From Saprolegnia diclina VS20 (taxonomy: Eukaryota): a stretch of 34,215 nt of DNA. Shown here one piece after another: positions 1 to 9,211 of this stretch (positions are counted from its first letter, which is position 1; each line of letters opens with the position of its first letter). The notes under the pieces are model-generated. The model was not told the origin of the DNA. It did no database searches and worked only from the letters and a program-made list of their open reading frames with translations. The translations under genes and the position numbers were made by a program. Location of the stretch: contig NW_008246164.1 of NCBI RefSeq assembly GCF_000281045.1, positions 52,128 through 86,342 of the forward strand, in the 5' to 3' direction.

Positions 1-2
1 CA

Positions 3-2670
3 CCAGAACCCGCCGCTATCGAAAGCTCGCCTTTAGAGCCCTTAGAAGCCAAGGACGAGCGCAAGAAGACGAAGAAGGTAAAACCATCCAAGGCCCAGCT
101 CTGGCGCGAGCGCATACGCACCACGTCTGCCGCACCCAACGACCAGCCAATGCAGCAGCCAAACCATTGTGAAGACGCGTCTTTGCCACATTCAATCAAA
201 GCGCCAACACCAGACGCTACGCAGACCTCAGATTCTGCACTGACACCAGATTCTGCACCAGAATCTGCGTCGACAACAAAGGTGAGCCGTCGTCCAGGGT
301 ATTTCATCGAGCTTGCTGCGCAGTCCAAAGTGCGCGGTGATGTCACAACCTACGAAGGCGAGTATGCGTCCAGCGAATGGAGTCGGCCCAAGACGACAAC
401 GCGCGTCGCTGTGCCACTGCCCGCTGCATCGACGCACGCCGCGTCGACGCACGCGACTGCGATGCGGACCGAGTGGCGCGCCGTGATTTGGCCAATGTTT
501 GCAGCACCCACGATAACCCGTGCCAACCTTGACGTGATCCATACGTACTTGAGCCAGCACCGACCGCTGCTGCTGTGGGACGAGCGTGATGACGACAAGT
601 GCAGTATATGGCACCTTGCGGCCATGCGTGGCCATATTCAAGTCAGCACCTCCATGCTGCGTCCATATTGAAACAATATATGGTCGGTAGGTACTCGACT
701 GCCTCCACGCGGTCGCCTCGGACGGCCTCGCGTCACGCGATCGGAAGAAGCAAACACCATTGCACGTTGCGGCGCAGTATGGACACGTGGACACGATCAA
801 ATTTCTCTTGCAGCACGGCGCGGACGCTTTGGCCGTCGACAAGAAGGGCAACACGCCGCTGCACCACGCGTGTCGGTAGGTTCATATGGATAGCGTCCAT
901 AGGCACATCCAAATATGGTAGCGCCTTGTCAATACACGCACTACGCGCGTTGCTCTCCAAGAGCAAGCTTGAAGCGCGCAACAAAAGCCGCGAGACGCCG
1001 TTGCTCGTCGCCATCGTCGCAGCCGTCGCCGCACCGTCGCGGGATAGTGTGGACGTGGTCAGCTGTCTCCTTCACGCCGGCGCCAACGCTTCTGTCCACG
1101 ACCACTCGCTACAAACAGCGTTGTACCTTGCGATGCCGTTCTCAGCACTCGTCGAGATGGTGCTCGTCCACGGCTACACCTCCGATGCGACGCTGCTCTC
1201 GCCGCTGCAGCTCAGCGTCTCCAGCGGGTACGTCGCCAGTCTCTCGCTCGTGCTTCCGATCGCGCCAGCATTTGCTCTGCACCAAACAGACAAGGTCCAT
1301 GGCGACTCGCTTTTGCATCTGGCCGTGCGCTTCGACCACGTTGCTTGCCTCGAGAAGGTCCTCGCAGTCGCCGGAAAGAAGTTGCTCTTGATCGAGAACG
1401 CCCATTTCGTGACACCGGTTGTCCTCGCGGTGCAGCTCGGCCGCAGCGAGTGCCTCCGGTCACTGCTCAAGCATGGCGGGTACCCGAACGAACGCGACCG
1501 GCAGCTGCGGTCGCCGCTCTTGCTTGCACTCATGCGCAACGACTACGCATGCGTCGAAGTGCTCATGGGCTTTGAGTGCGCGGTCGACGTCGCCTGCATC
1601 GACTTTATCAAGGCCCACCACGCGTCCCAGCAGCCACCGCCCTCGACGCTACTGGCTCCGTACACAGTATATGCGTCACATGCGCCGACCGACGGCGTCT
1701 TGTCGACGCTGGATGGCACCCACCACATCCAAGTCCACCAAGCCATTCTCGTCGGTCGGAGTCCCGTGCTGCGAGCGCTTTGGGCGGGCTCGTGGGCGTC
1801 GTCCGGTGTCGCCTCGTACAGCGTCTGCGCGCCATGTCACGTGCTTGACCTCTTTGTGAGCCTCGTGTACGCGCCAAACGTGGCGGCGCTGCAGGCCACG
1901 TCGGCAGAGGCGCTATGGGAGCTGCTCTTCCTCGCCAACGAGCTTCTCGTGCGACCACTCGAGGCGCTATGCGTGTGGAGCCTGGTTCATTGGCACGAGT
2001 GGTCTCTGGACGACGCGTGGGATCCGCTGCGCGGCGCTTTGCTGACGACGATCCCCGACAAGACTGCGACCGAGATGCAAGGTATGGACGCACACATCCA
2101 CGTTATATTCAATACTAGTGTGTAGCGCTCCAAGAAGCCTGGCGCGCTGCCGATATGGGCGACTTGCTAGCGAGCGCGTGGCTCTCGGATGTCAATGTGG
2201 TCGACTGTGACGGCGGGAGCCTTCGATGCCACCGCGCGGTGCTGGCGGCGCAGTCGACGCACCTGCAACGTCATTTTGAGACGCAGGACCAGCTGACGCT
2301 GGCGTGCAGAATGGAGATAGTGCACGATGCCATCTCGTACCTGTATACGCGACGCTGGCGCCAGGTACAAAGAACACGAAAAATTGACAGGAAGTTAGCT
2401 CTGGCGACATAGGCCTCGACGGTCGACGAGCTCTTGGAGCTTCTCACGTGCAGCATCCGACTGGCAACGTGGGATCTCACCCGCCGATGCGAGGCCGAGC
2501 TCATGCACAAACTGGCGCCGGCGCAGGCCGAGGCCGTGTACGCGACCGCGTGCGCGTTTAGCGAGCAAGTGCCTAACCTCAAGACGGCGTGTCGCATCGT
2601 GCTGCTCGAATCGCTTGTCGCGTCGCCCGTGGACCGGAAAGAGCTCATTCTTTCGTGCCTCCTTCCGTAA
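3..2670 (+). CDS. Ankyrin-repeat protein with two C-terminal BTB/POZ-like domains; 5' end lies upstream of the window
   Basis: The frame is open from position 3. Removing GT-AG introns 642-690, 876-921, 2082-2125 and 2365-2412 (and possibly the in-frame 282-323) gives one continuous ORF to TAA at 2668-2670. Ankyrin motifs: SIWHLAAMRGH, KQTPLHVAAQYGH..IKFLLQHGAD, GNTPLHHAC, ETPLLVAI, GDSLLHLAVRFDH, RSPLLLAL. BTB-like starts: PTDGVL...IQVHQAILVGRSPVLRAL and LSDVNVV...LRCHRAVLAAQS. Confidence 0.85.
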
Positions 2671-2965
2671 CACAAGTTTTTTGTTTATTCCTTGTTGACA
2701 GCTCTTATCTATCTATCGATCAAATCACTCTAAAATTAGATATAGTACAAAAGTGTACTTAACACATTCGACGTACGGTAGCTGATGCGAACGGTCCAAA
2801 AGGGCTATTGAACCAGGGGCTTCCTTCTTCCTCTTCTTGAAGTTTGGTGGTGTGGACATGAGTACTTATTGATCAGAAGTTTGGGTTAAGACTCGCGTCC
2901 TGATGGCTTATTGCCTCTTGCCGTATTGACGTCTTCGAGCTGTGGCGGGTAGTTTCAAATGTTTA

Positions 2966-2997
2966 CCCTAAACCCAGCCCTGCCCTAAACCTATCCC
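2966..2997 (+). repeat. Degenerate telomere-like (CCCTAAA) tract
   Basis: The sequence is CCCTAAACCCAGCCCTGCCCTAAACCTATCCC, with exact CCCTAAA units at 2966-2972 and 2983-2989. Confidence 0.35.
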
Positions 2998-3095
2998 GTG
3001 CAAGACCCAAATCGAGTGAAGTGAGCGAAGCAAATACTGTCGTTTCCGGATTACCCACGGTCATCCGGATACGCTGGCCAATTTGCAGTTTGGGC

Positions 3096-3674
3096 ATGGA
3101 CGCGCTAGAGACCGCGGTGGCGTTGATGGTGCGAAAGCCGAACGTGCCCCGAAGTATGGTGGCCTTGGCCATCCTGGGCCTTCAGGCGAGAAACGACTAC
3201 GAAGCGGAAGGCGAGAGCCTTCGCAGAGAGCGCAAGAATGCGAAAGCTGCCGGCTACCGCGCCGAGTCGCGGGCGACGGCCATGGCCAAGACGCTGGCGG
3301 CGCTGCAAGCCGACTTTGACGCGTCGGCGCACGGAGCTCTCAAGGGCGAGATGGAGCTCGTCGCAAATGAGCGTGACGCTCTCAAACGGCGTGCCGATGT
3401 GCTTGAGGCCGAGGTGCAGCAGCTGACAGGCCAGGCCGACGCAATGCGGCGAGAGTATACAGCTCGCCTCGAAAGCGTGTACAGCGCGATCAATGGACCT
3501 TTTCCCAAGAAAGCGCGGCAAGAGGCTTCGTCAACAGGTGCCGGGCGACCAGCGAGTAGCGCAGTGCAGCTTCAAGACGGGCCCAATGCCGACGCTGCGT
3601 CCTCGCGCAATACGTCTGCTAGTCTATCGACTAAGCGGCCAGAACCCATTACAGAGCCACCTTCGGCAGTGTAA
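3096..3674 (+). CDS. Small coiled-coil protein, cluster paralogue A (192 aa)
   Basis: Intronless ORF from ATG 3096. It is helical and A/E/R/L-rich, with family motifs LKGEMELVANERDAL and EYTARLESV and basic motif PFPKKARQ. Confidence 0.7.
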   Translation: MDALETAVALMVRKPNVPRSMVALAILGLQARNDYEAEGESLRRERKNAKAAGYRAESRATAMAKTLAALQADFDASAHGALKGEMELVANERDALKRRADVLEAEVQQLTGQADAMRREYTARLESVYSAINGPFPKKARQEASSTGAGRPASSAVQLQDGPNADAASSRNTSASLSTKRPEPITEPPSAV

Positions 3675-4268
3675 CTCATTGAACATTGCTTTTTCGTACT
3701 TGCTTTTTGGGTGAAAGTGTTTTGTTGAATTTACGAGTGAATGGCGTCCTCTTCACCTCGAAAAAATAATTGGTGCGCGTCCCTCGGGAGTGTGGATGAA
3801 AATATTTAATAAAAGTAGCGGCTTTGGATGAGCTCTAGTTGGGTGGTAGCGCGCCTCCTCTTTTGCCCCACGACCCACTTATGAGCCAAGACAAACATCA
3901 TTCATGCTTCAAGATCGTTCTTGTGGGCGGGAACTAAAAATTAGAAAATTGTCCAATCGCACGCGGTAACGTTGGGTATTTCGGCCAATCATTTTCACCA
4001 AAGGGTTCCTAATCGCGTATCACCCGCGCGGTGAACGAAAGTGCGCTATCCAGCACGACGATTCGGTTCAACGCGAACTCGCTACAGTATTCATCGTAAT
4101 AGTTCTGAATATTTGTCGTCGGAGTGTGTGATTTCCACGAGAAATCTGCCACGTCCAAGGAATGCATGTCTTCTTACGGATATCCATGGCACATACGGAT
4201 AGCTCATACGGATAACCCCGAACCTCATCATCACATTGCCGTCAGCTCTGTTGCCGTCACGGTTGAGC

Positions 4269-4919
4269 ATGCACGACTACTTCGACGAGTACCTCGTGGA
4301 GCAGCAAGCGCACAACGCGCTGCGCAACACCTTGATCGTGTTCGCCGCAAAAGTGACGGAGATGGAAGGCGAGCACGAAGAATAGGTCGAGCGGCTCGAA
4401 ACGGAGCTCCAAGCAGCGATCGAGTCCCGCGACCGCAACCGCGCCCGAGCGGCGACCGCAAAGAAGGAGGTCGAGGCGTTGAAAGCTACAGCAGCCAAAG
4501 GCTACGCGTCGACGTCTCTGAAGCGCGAGCTGGACGCTGTTACGAAAGAGCGGAACGACCTCAAGCTGCGCGTCCAAGCGCTCGAAGCCTCGCTCCACCA
4601 GTCCACGAGCGACATCGTGGATGTTCGCCAGCATTACATAGGCCGACTGGAAGCCATGCGCCAGCTACTTCCTGCCGACCAGCAAGCCGCCAACGCCACA
4701 CCCGTCCGGTGGGTGCGGTCCATCACCAACAACCTAATTGCCCCGCGAGCCGCACCCGCAAGCCAGAGCACAGCGCCAGCCCCAGCTCGCCAGGGCACAG
4801 CGCCAGCCCCAGCTCACCAAGGCACCGCGCAACGCCTTGCTCTGCGCACGTCACGTGAAGAGGCTGCCCCACGGCCAGCCAAGCGGCGACTCGTAGTCTC
4901 CGACCCGCCCGCCCTTTAA
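4269..4919 (+). pseudogene. Coiled-coil paralogue B with an in-frame TAG at codon 39
   Basis: The frame from ATG 4269 reads MHDYFDEYL...EMEGEHEE*VERLETELQAA...SLKRELDAVTKERNDL...HYIGRLEAM...PAKRRLV to TAA 4917-4919. The only interruption is TAG at 4383-4385. Confidence 0.7.
4762..4830 (+). repeat. 27-bp coding tandem repeat (~2.5 copies) in the tail of paralogue B
   Basis: gccagagcacagcgccagccccagctc / gccagggcacagcgccagccccagctc / accaaggcaccgcgc, encoding (Q[SG]TAPAPAx)n. Confidence 0.85.
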
Positions 4920-5397
4920 CATCCAGGCGTTCGGGGCGACGATGTACCGCATGCGAGTCGATGCTTTGCCCTAGCAAAAGGCTGAATTCAACGCATTTGT
5001 ATAAATTTTTGTAAACTGCATTTTGGATTTTGGCCAATACCTTGTTGGCTACAGACTGTTGCAAATTAGGTGTTGGACGTCGTTCTATCGATCTCGCTAC
5101 AAATACAAATGACAAACGACTGCCACTTCTTTTCGCAAAGGTCCATTCAACTCCACAAGCATGAGCTATGGGCCATTTTCCGTAGTTGAAAGAGAGCATG
5201 TCTTTGGTTGCACTCTGATGCTCTCGGAGATTAACATGGGCATTTTCGGTAGCCGTCCTTGCACGCGTACACGATACAGACATGCGTCTAGTGGCCACCT
5301 TGCTCAACCGGAAGGTTTGAGGACACTGTGTGCATCTCTTGCGACTGAGCCAAGACGGTGCCATGCATGGCATTGGGAACATGGAGCCTTTGATTGT

Positions 5398-5479
5398 CCA
5401 ATCGGCTTCGCCAATCGTATTCGTTTCAGCCAATCCAATCAACGTATATCCGGATGATCCCAGATGCGACGACCGGATA
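5398..5479 (+). promoter_or_regulatory. Putative promoter of paralogue C: four CCAATC boxes plus CCGGAT motifs
   Basis: CCAATC at 5398, 5411, 5430 and 5435; TATCCGGATG at 5447-5456; CCGGATA at 5473-5479. All are 50-130 bp upstream of ATG 5528. Confidence 0.5.
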
Positions 5480-5527
5480 GAGGTGGCAGAGACATCATCG
5501 CAAACTGAGTCAAGACATCCGGGCAGC

Positions 5528-6100
5528 ATGGACGGCATGCTCAACGCGTTGAGCACAATGGCCGAGAGCTTGGAGGCGACGGCGGCCATCAACGAAGAAG
5601 AGATCGAAGAGGCGCTGCAGAAGAAGCAGGATGCAGTCGTCAAGTGCAAGAAGGCCAAGGCTGCCCGGGACAAGGCCCTCGCCGCGAGCGTTCAATGCTC
5701 GGAGCGGGCCGCATCCGTACAGAGCGCGCTCGGCGCCGCGACCAAGGCCATTGCCGACCTACGCGCAAGCATCAACACGCCCACGCATGCGTCCAGGAAG
5801 CGCGAGTTGGACCGCATCACCAAAGAGCGCGACGACGCTGCGCAGCGGGTCCGCGACCTCGAGGCCGCGCTGCACGAGAAGAGCCAAGAGGCGATCGCGA
5901 TCAAGAACCAGTACGAGCACCGTTTGACGCTTGTACGCATGGCGACGAGCGGCGTCGGTGTCCTGCCGCCGGCAGCTGCGCCACAGCCATCCCCCGTAGC
6001 CGCCGAGACGGAGACCCCGGCCGCCAAGCGCTTCCGGCCAGCGCCAGCGCCCACCAGCGCGGGCTCATCCCCGCGTCCATCTCGCATCCATACACTGTAG
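5528..6100 (+). CDS. Small coiled-coil protein, cluster paralogue C (190 aa)
   Basis: Intronless ORF from ATG 5528 with motifs TPTHASRKRELDRITKERDDA and QYEHRLTLV, and C-terminal PAAKRFRP. Confidence 0.75.
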   Translation: MDGMLNALSTMAESLEATAAINEEEIEEALQKKQDAVVKCKKAKAARDKALAASVQCSERAASVQSALGAATKAIADLRASINTPTHASRKRELDRITKERDDAAQRVRDLEAALHEKSQEAIAIKNQYEHRLTLVRMATSGVGVLPPAAAPQPSPVAAETETPAAKRFRPAPAPTSAGSSPRPSRIHTL

Positions 6101-6467
6101 ATCCAAGGCGCTTGCTATTGTTAATCAATATATGTGTGTTTTGTTTCGACACATATTGCGCACGTCGTGCGGACTAAGATCAGATAGTTTGCTCTGTAGG
6201 ACGCAAAAAGCTTTCGTAGCTTTACGTTTTATAAATGGCACACGTCGGTGAACGGTGCAACGGCTGTTGCCAGCGACGCCGCGTGATCAAAGAGGCTTGC
6301 GACGGTGGGCAGATTCGGTGGTGGTTTCCGCGCTGCAACACAAACAACGCAGCGAGGGGCTAGCCATCTCCCAGGAAGCAGGCAGTTGTATTGGGTGACG
6401 CCACGAAGGCAGATTGTGAGCTGAGACTCTCCAGCGATACACGCTTGCATCGGCAAGGCATGGCTTG

Positions 6468-6578
6468 ACCAAACCAGACACAACATTTACTAGTATGTCT
6501 TTGCTACTTTCAAGACCTAGAGAAGCTAGGTCTTGAAAGTAGCAAATACATACTAGTAAATGTTGTGTCTGGTTTGGT
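6468..6578. repeat. Near-perfect inverted repeat: 53-bp arms, 5-nt loop
   Basis: The left arm 6468-6520 (accaaaccagacacaacatttactagtatgtctttgctactttcaagacctag) is the reverse complement of 6526-6578 with one mismatch. The loop is AGAAG at 6521-6525. Confidence 0.95.
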
Positions 6579-7100
6579 AGAAGTACTACTAAAGTCGACT
6601 ACATGATCAACTGTAGACGGCGCAAAGCAGCGAGTTAGTGTCGACGTATGAGGAGCTGTAGTCGGCCTCGCTTGCGTCTTCCAAGAGCCACTCCGACTGG
6701 ACAGACGCGATGTTGCGACGGTCATGGTCCAGGACACGCTCGCATTTGGTCATGGCATTTGGTGGTGTATTCATACTACGTTTTGAGTTCACCAGCATGC
6801 ACTGGATCAATGCAATACAATACTGCGATACGAGCTGAGAGATAAATGGCAGTGCCGATTCTCGTGGAGTCGTATTTGGTATTTTGGAGAGCTGAGATTT
6901 TTGCAATCGTCAAGCGACAAGGTGATTCTAGCTCGACTTGGTGGGCGGGGACAACATTCGAGACAAGGGCACACCAGGCGCCGATAGACGGTCACGCACG
7001 TCGCCACGTCCAGGGCCAATGGCTCCTGCAGTGAGCCACGAGCATTGCCGCCGTTCATCTCAGTGATAGCTGCATCGTACTGCGAGGTTGAATAAATATA

Positions 7101-7658
7101 TCAAAAATCATTTACAGCGACTGAAGTTCGGCCAATTTGCGAGATGGGCACTGCATTGGTCGAGGCCGGCGCCGGCCGTAGTCGCTTGGCCTGTCGAGGC
7201 GCGCCGGGACTCGGGTCGTTCATACGCCGTTGCGCGCTTCCAACGACGGAGCGCACGACGCCCAAGCGCTGCTCGTACTCGATCGTCATGTCGTCGATCT
7301 CGCGATTCTTGTCGCGAAGGGCTACTTCCAGCTGCTCAGCGCGCTGCAAAAGGTCGTCGCGCTCCTTCAAAACCCGGTCGCAATCAAGCTGGTATGCCTC
7401 CGGCGTCTGGATTTCAGCTTGAAGTTCCTGGATGGCTCGGATTGCAGCGTCCAGCGTCCCGGACGTGAGCCGAGCGACGGCGTGGTCGCGGGTTGCCAGC
7501 GCTTCTCTGTGGACGCGCTCTGCTTGCTTGCGCTTCAAGTCCACGTGGGCCTTCTCCTGCCTGATCTGCTCCATCTCTTCCTCGTGGTCGCTCTCGCCGA
7601 TGACATAGGCCGCGGCGGCGGCCACTGCGGCGATGATGACCATGTCCTCGTCGTCCAT
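7101..7658 (-). CDS. Small coiled-coil protein, cluster paralogue D (185 aa)
   Basis: ATG 7658 (MDDEDMVII...). Motifs TPEAYQLDCDRVLKERDDL, EYEQRLGVV and QAKRLRP. It aligns by eye with paralogues C and F. Confidence 0.75.
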   Translation of the reverse strand: MDDEDMVIIAAVAAAAAYVIGESDHEEEMEQIRQEKAHVDLKRKQAERVHREALATRDHAVARLTSGTLDAAIRAIQELQAEIQTPEAYQLDCDRVLKERDDLLQRAEQLEVALRDKNREIDDMTIEYEQRLGVVRSVVGSAQRRMNDPSPGAPRQAKRLRPAPASTNAVPISQIGRTSVAVNDF

Positions 7659-8130
7659 ATTGCGTTGTCCGGTTACTTGACTAATGATTGGCTCGTGAAA
7701 AAGACACAGAGCGTTTCTATTGGCGAAAATACAACCGAATACGTCGTTTGGATTTGGCAAAAAGAGTGTTTTTTGCGGCCTGTCGTGGCACGCCCTCCGC
7801 GTAGCACAGGGTCTGCGGTCGCTCGTCCAGCAAGCGTAGTCCACGAGAATTGGCGTCGATGGACGAGCTTTGAGCGCGCGAGGATGATCGTCGCATTGAA
7901 CGCTGAAGGATGTGGGAGCCGATCCCTATTTTGTTTCGACGTCCTGGCATTGCGCATTCTCAATTGCAAATATGGTGACCAACCTCAATTTGGTATGCAT
8001 TGAGTTGAGCAAAGGTCCGTCTCGCATTTCAACGCAAATGACCTCTTGCGACTACAGCGAGTATCAAGGTGGTGGGGCCAGTCGTTTGCTATGCTAGCCC
8101 ACAAGCTATGAACTTGTCTAGCAACGTGTA

Positions 8131-8745
8131 TTAGACATTAACTGTCGAGTTGGGAACGATGCGACAACGCTTTAACGGCCGGCGGTGCTCTTCGTCGTCG
8201 ATCGATGATGCGCCATCATCGTCGCTCACGCGCGACGGCACGATCTCAGCACGTTCTTCTTCTGCACCCTCGGTAGACGAGGGCTCAGGTGCGTCTCGTC
8301 GCGGCGGCGTATCGCTGGTTGACGGCGGCGCACTTGCTCCACGCAATGCCGCGCGCACAGCCTCCAGGCGTGGCTCGTACTTCCTACGCACGGCTGCGAT
8401 CTCCATTGTCATTGCGAGCTTCTTGGCTTCCAGCGCAGCGATGCGCGCATGCAGGTCGTCGCCCTCCGTCGTGATGCGCGCTAGTTCTCGCTGGCGAGAG
8501 GCATATCGCGACTCTGTAAACTCGGCGCGCAGCGTCTCAAGCGCGTGCTTGGCCTGGCGCGCACGTGCCAAGCTCTCGTCGCGCGCAGCCACGGCGTCAT
8601 CGCGCTCGTCTCGCGCATCGTCGCGCTCGTCCTTCATGCGATCGACGGCCATCGCGACAAGAAGGTGGCTGCTTTGGTAATGCGGCCTCAGGACAGCGAG
8701 GAGCATGAGCCCGGTCGCGTCCAACGACAAGTCGTCGCCCGCCAT
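8131..8745 (-). CDS. Small coiled-coil protein, cluster paralogue E (204 aa)
   Basis: ATG 8745 (MAGDDLSLDA...). Motifs YASRQRELARITTEGDDL and KYEPRLEAV, then an acidic tail and RPLKRCRI. Confidence 0.7.
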   Translation of the reverse strand: MAGDDLSLDATGLMLLAVLRPHYQSSHLLVAMAVDRMKDERDDARDERDDAVAARDESLARARQAKHALETLRAEFTESRYASRQRELARITTEGDDLHARIAALEAKKLAMTMEIAAVRRKYEPRLEAVRAALRGASAPPSTSDTPPRRDAPEPSSTEGAEEERAEIVPSRVSDDDGASSIDDEEHRRPLKRCRIVPNSTVNV

Positions 8746-9211
8746 GGCCGCTTCAATGGCCAAATCTCCGAATGCCGATCGTCGTATCCGGATAGTACAG
8801 GCATCAACCGCCTATGCTGGCTCGACAAGCTCTCGGCGGCTTTGGCGTTGCTTCCCGTGTGAAGTTAGAAGACCGCTCGTTTCCTTTGTTCCGTGCTCGT
8901 CGAAGCAAAGGTAGATCGCAATTGCATGCGCTCGATAGTCTCGCCTTGGCACCACCCGTTCAGCGTGCGTAGGACTTGGCAAGCAGCTTTTATGCTGGCA
9001 GTATCGACGCCGCGTAAGGCGTATTCGTAGGAACGTTGACTTGCTCTCTTGCCTACGCTGCACTGCAAGCTTCTTGCCGGGCATACCGCAGCAAGCTATG
9101 GACGAACTGTGCTCTTGGCGTGCCACGCGGGAAAGGGTCGATTCATTCGTCCAATCAAAATGTCAGAATCGGAATCATTTTGTCCAATCCGCCGCCTCCG
9201 TTGCCGCCGCC

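Noticed and set aside
4124..4858. 244-aa ORF overlapping paralogue B
   Set aside because: It is an R/P/S-rich off-frame product. The family motifs lie in the frame starting at 4269.
6200..7080. Short ORFs around the hairpin as genes or a transposase remnant
   Set aside because: All are under 100 aa with no recognisable motif. Degraded coding DNA cannot be excluded without a search.
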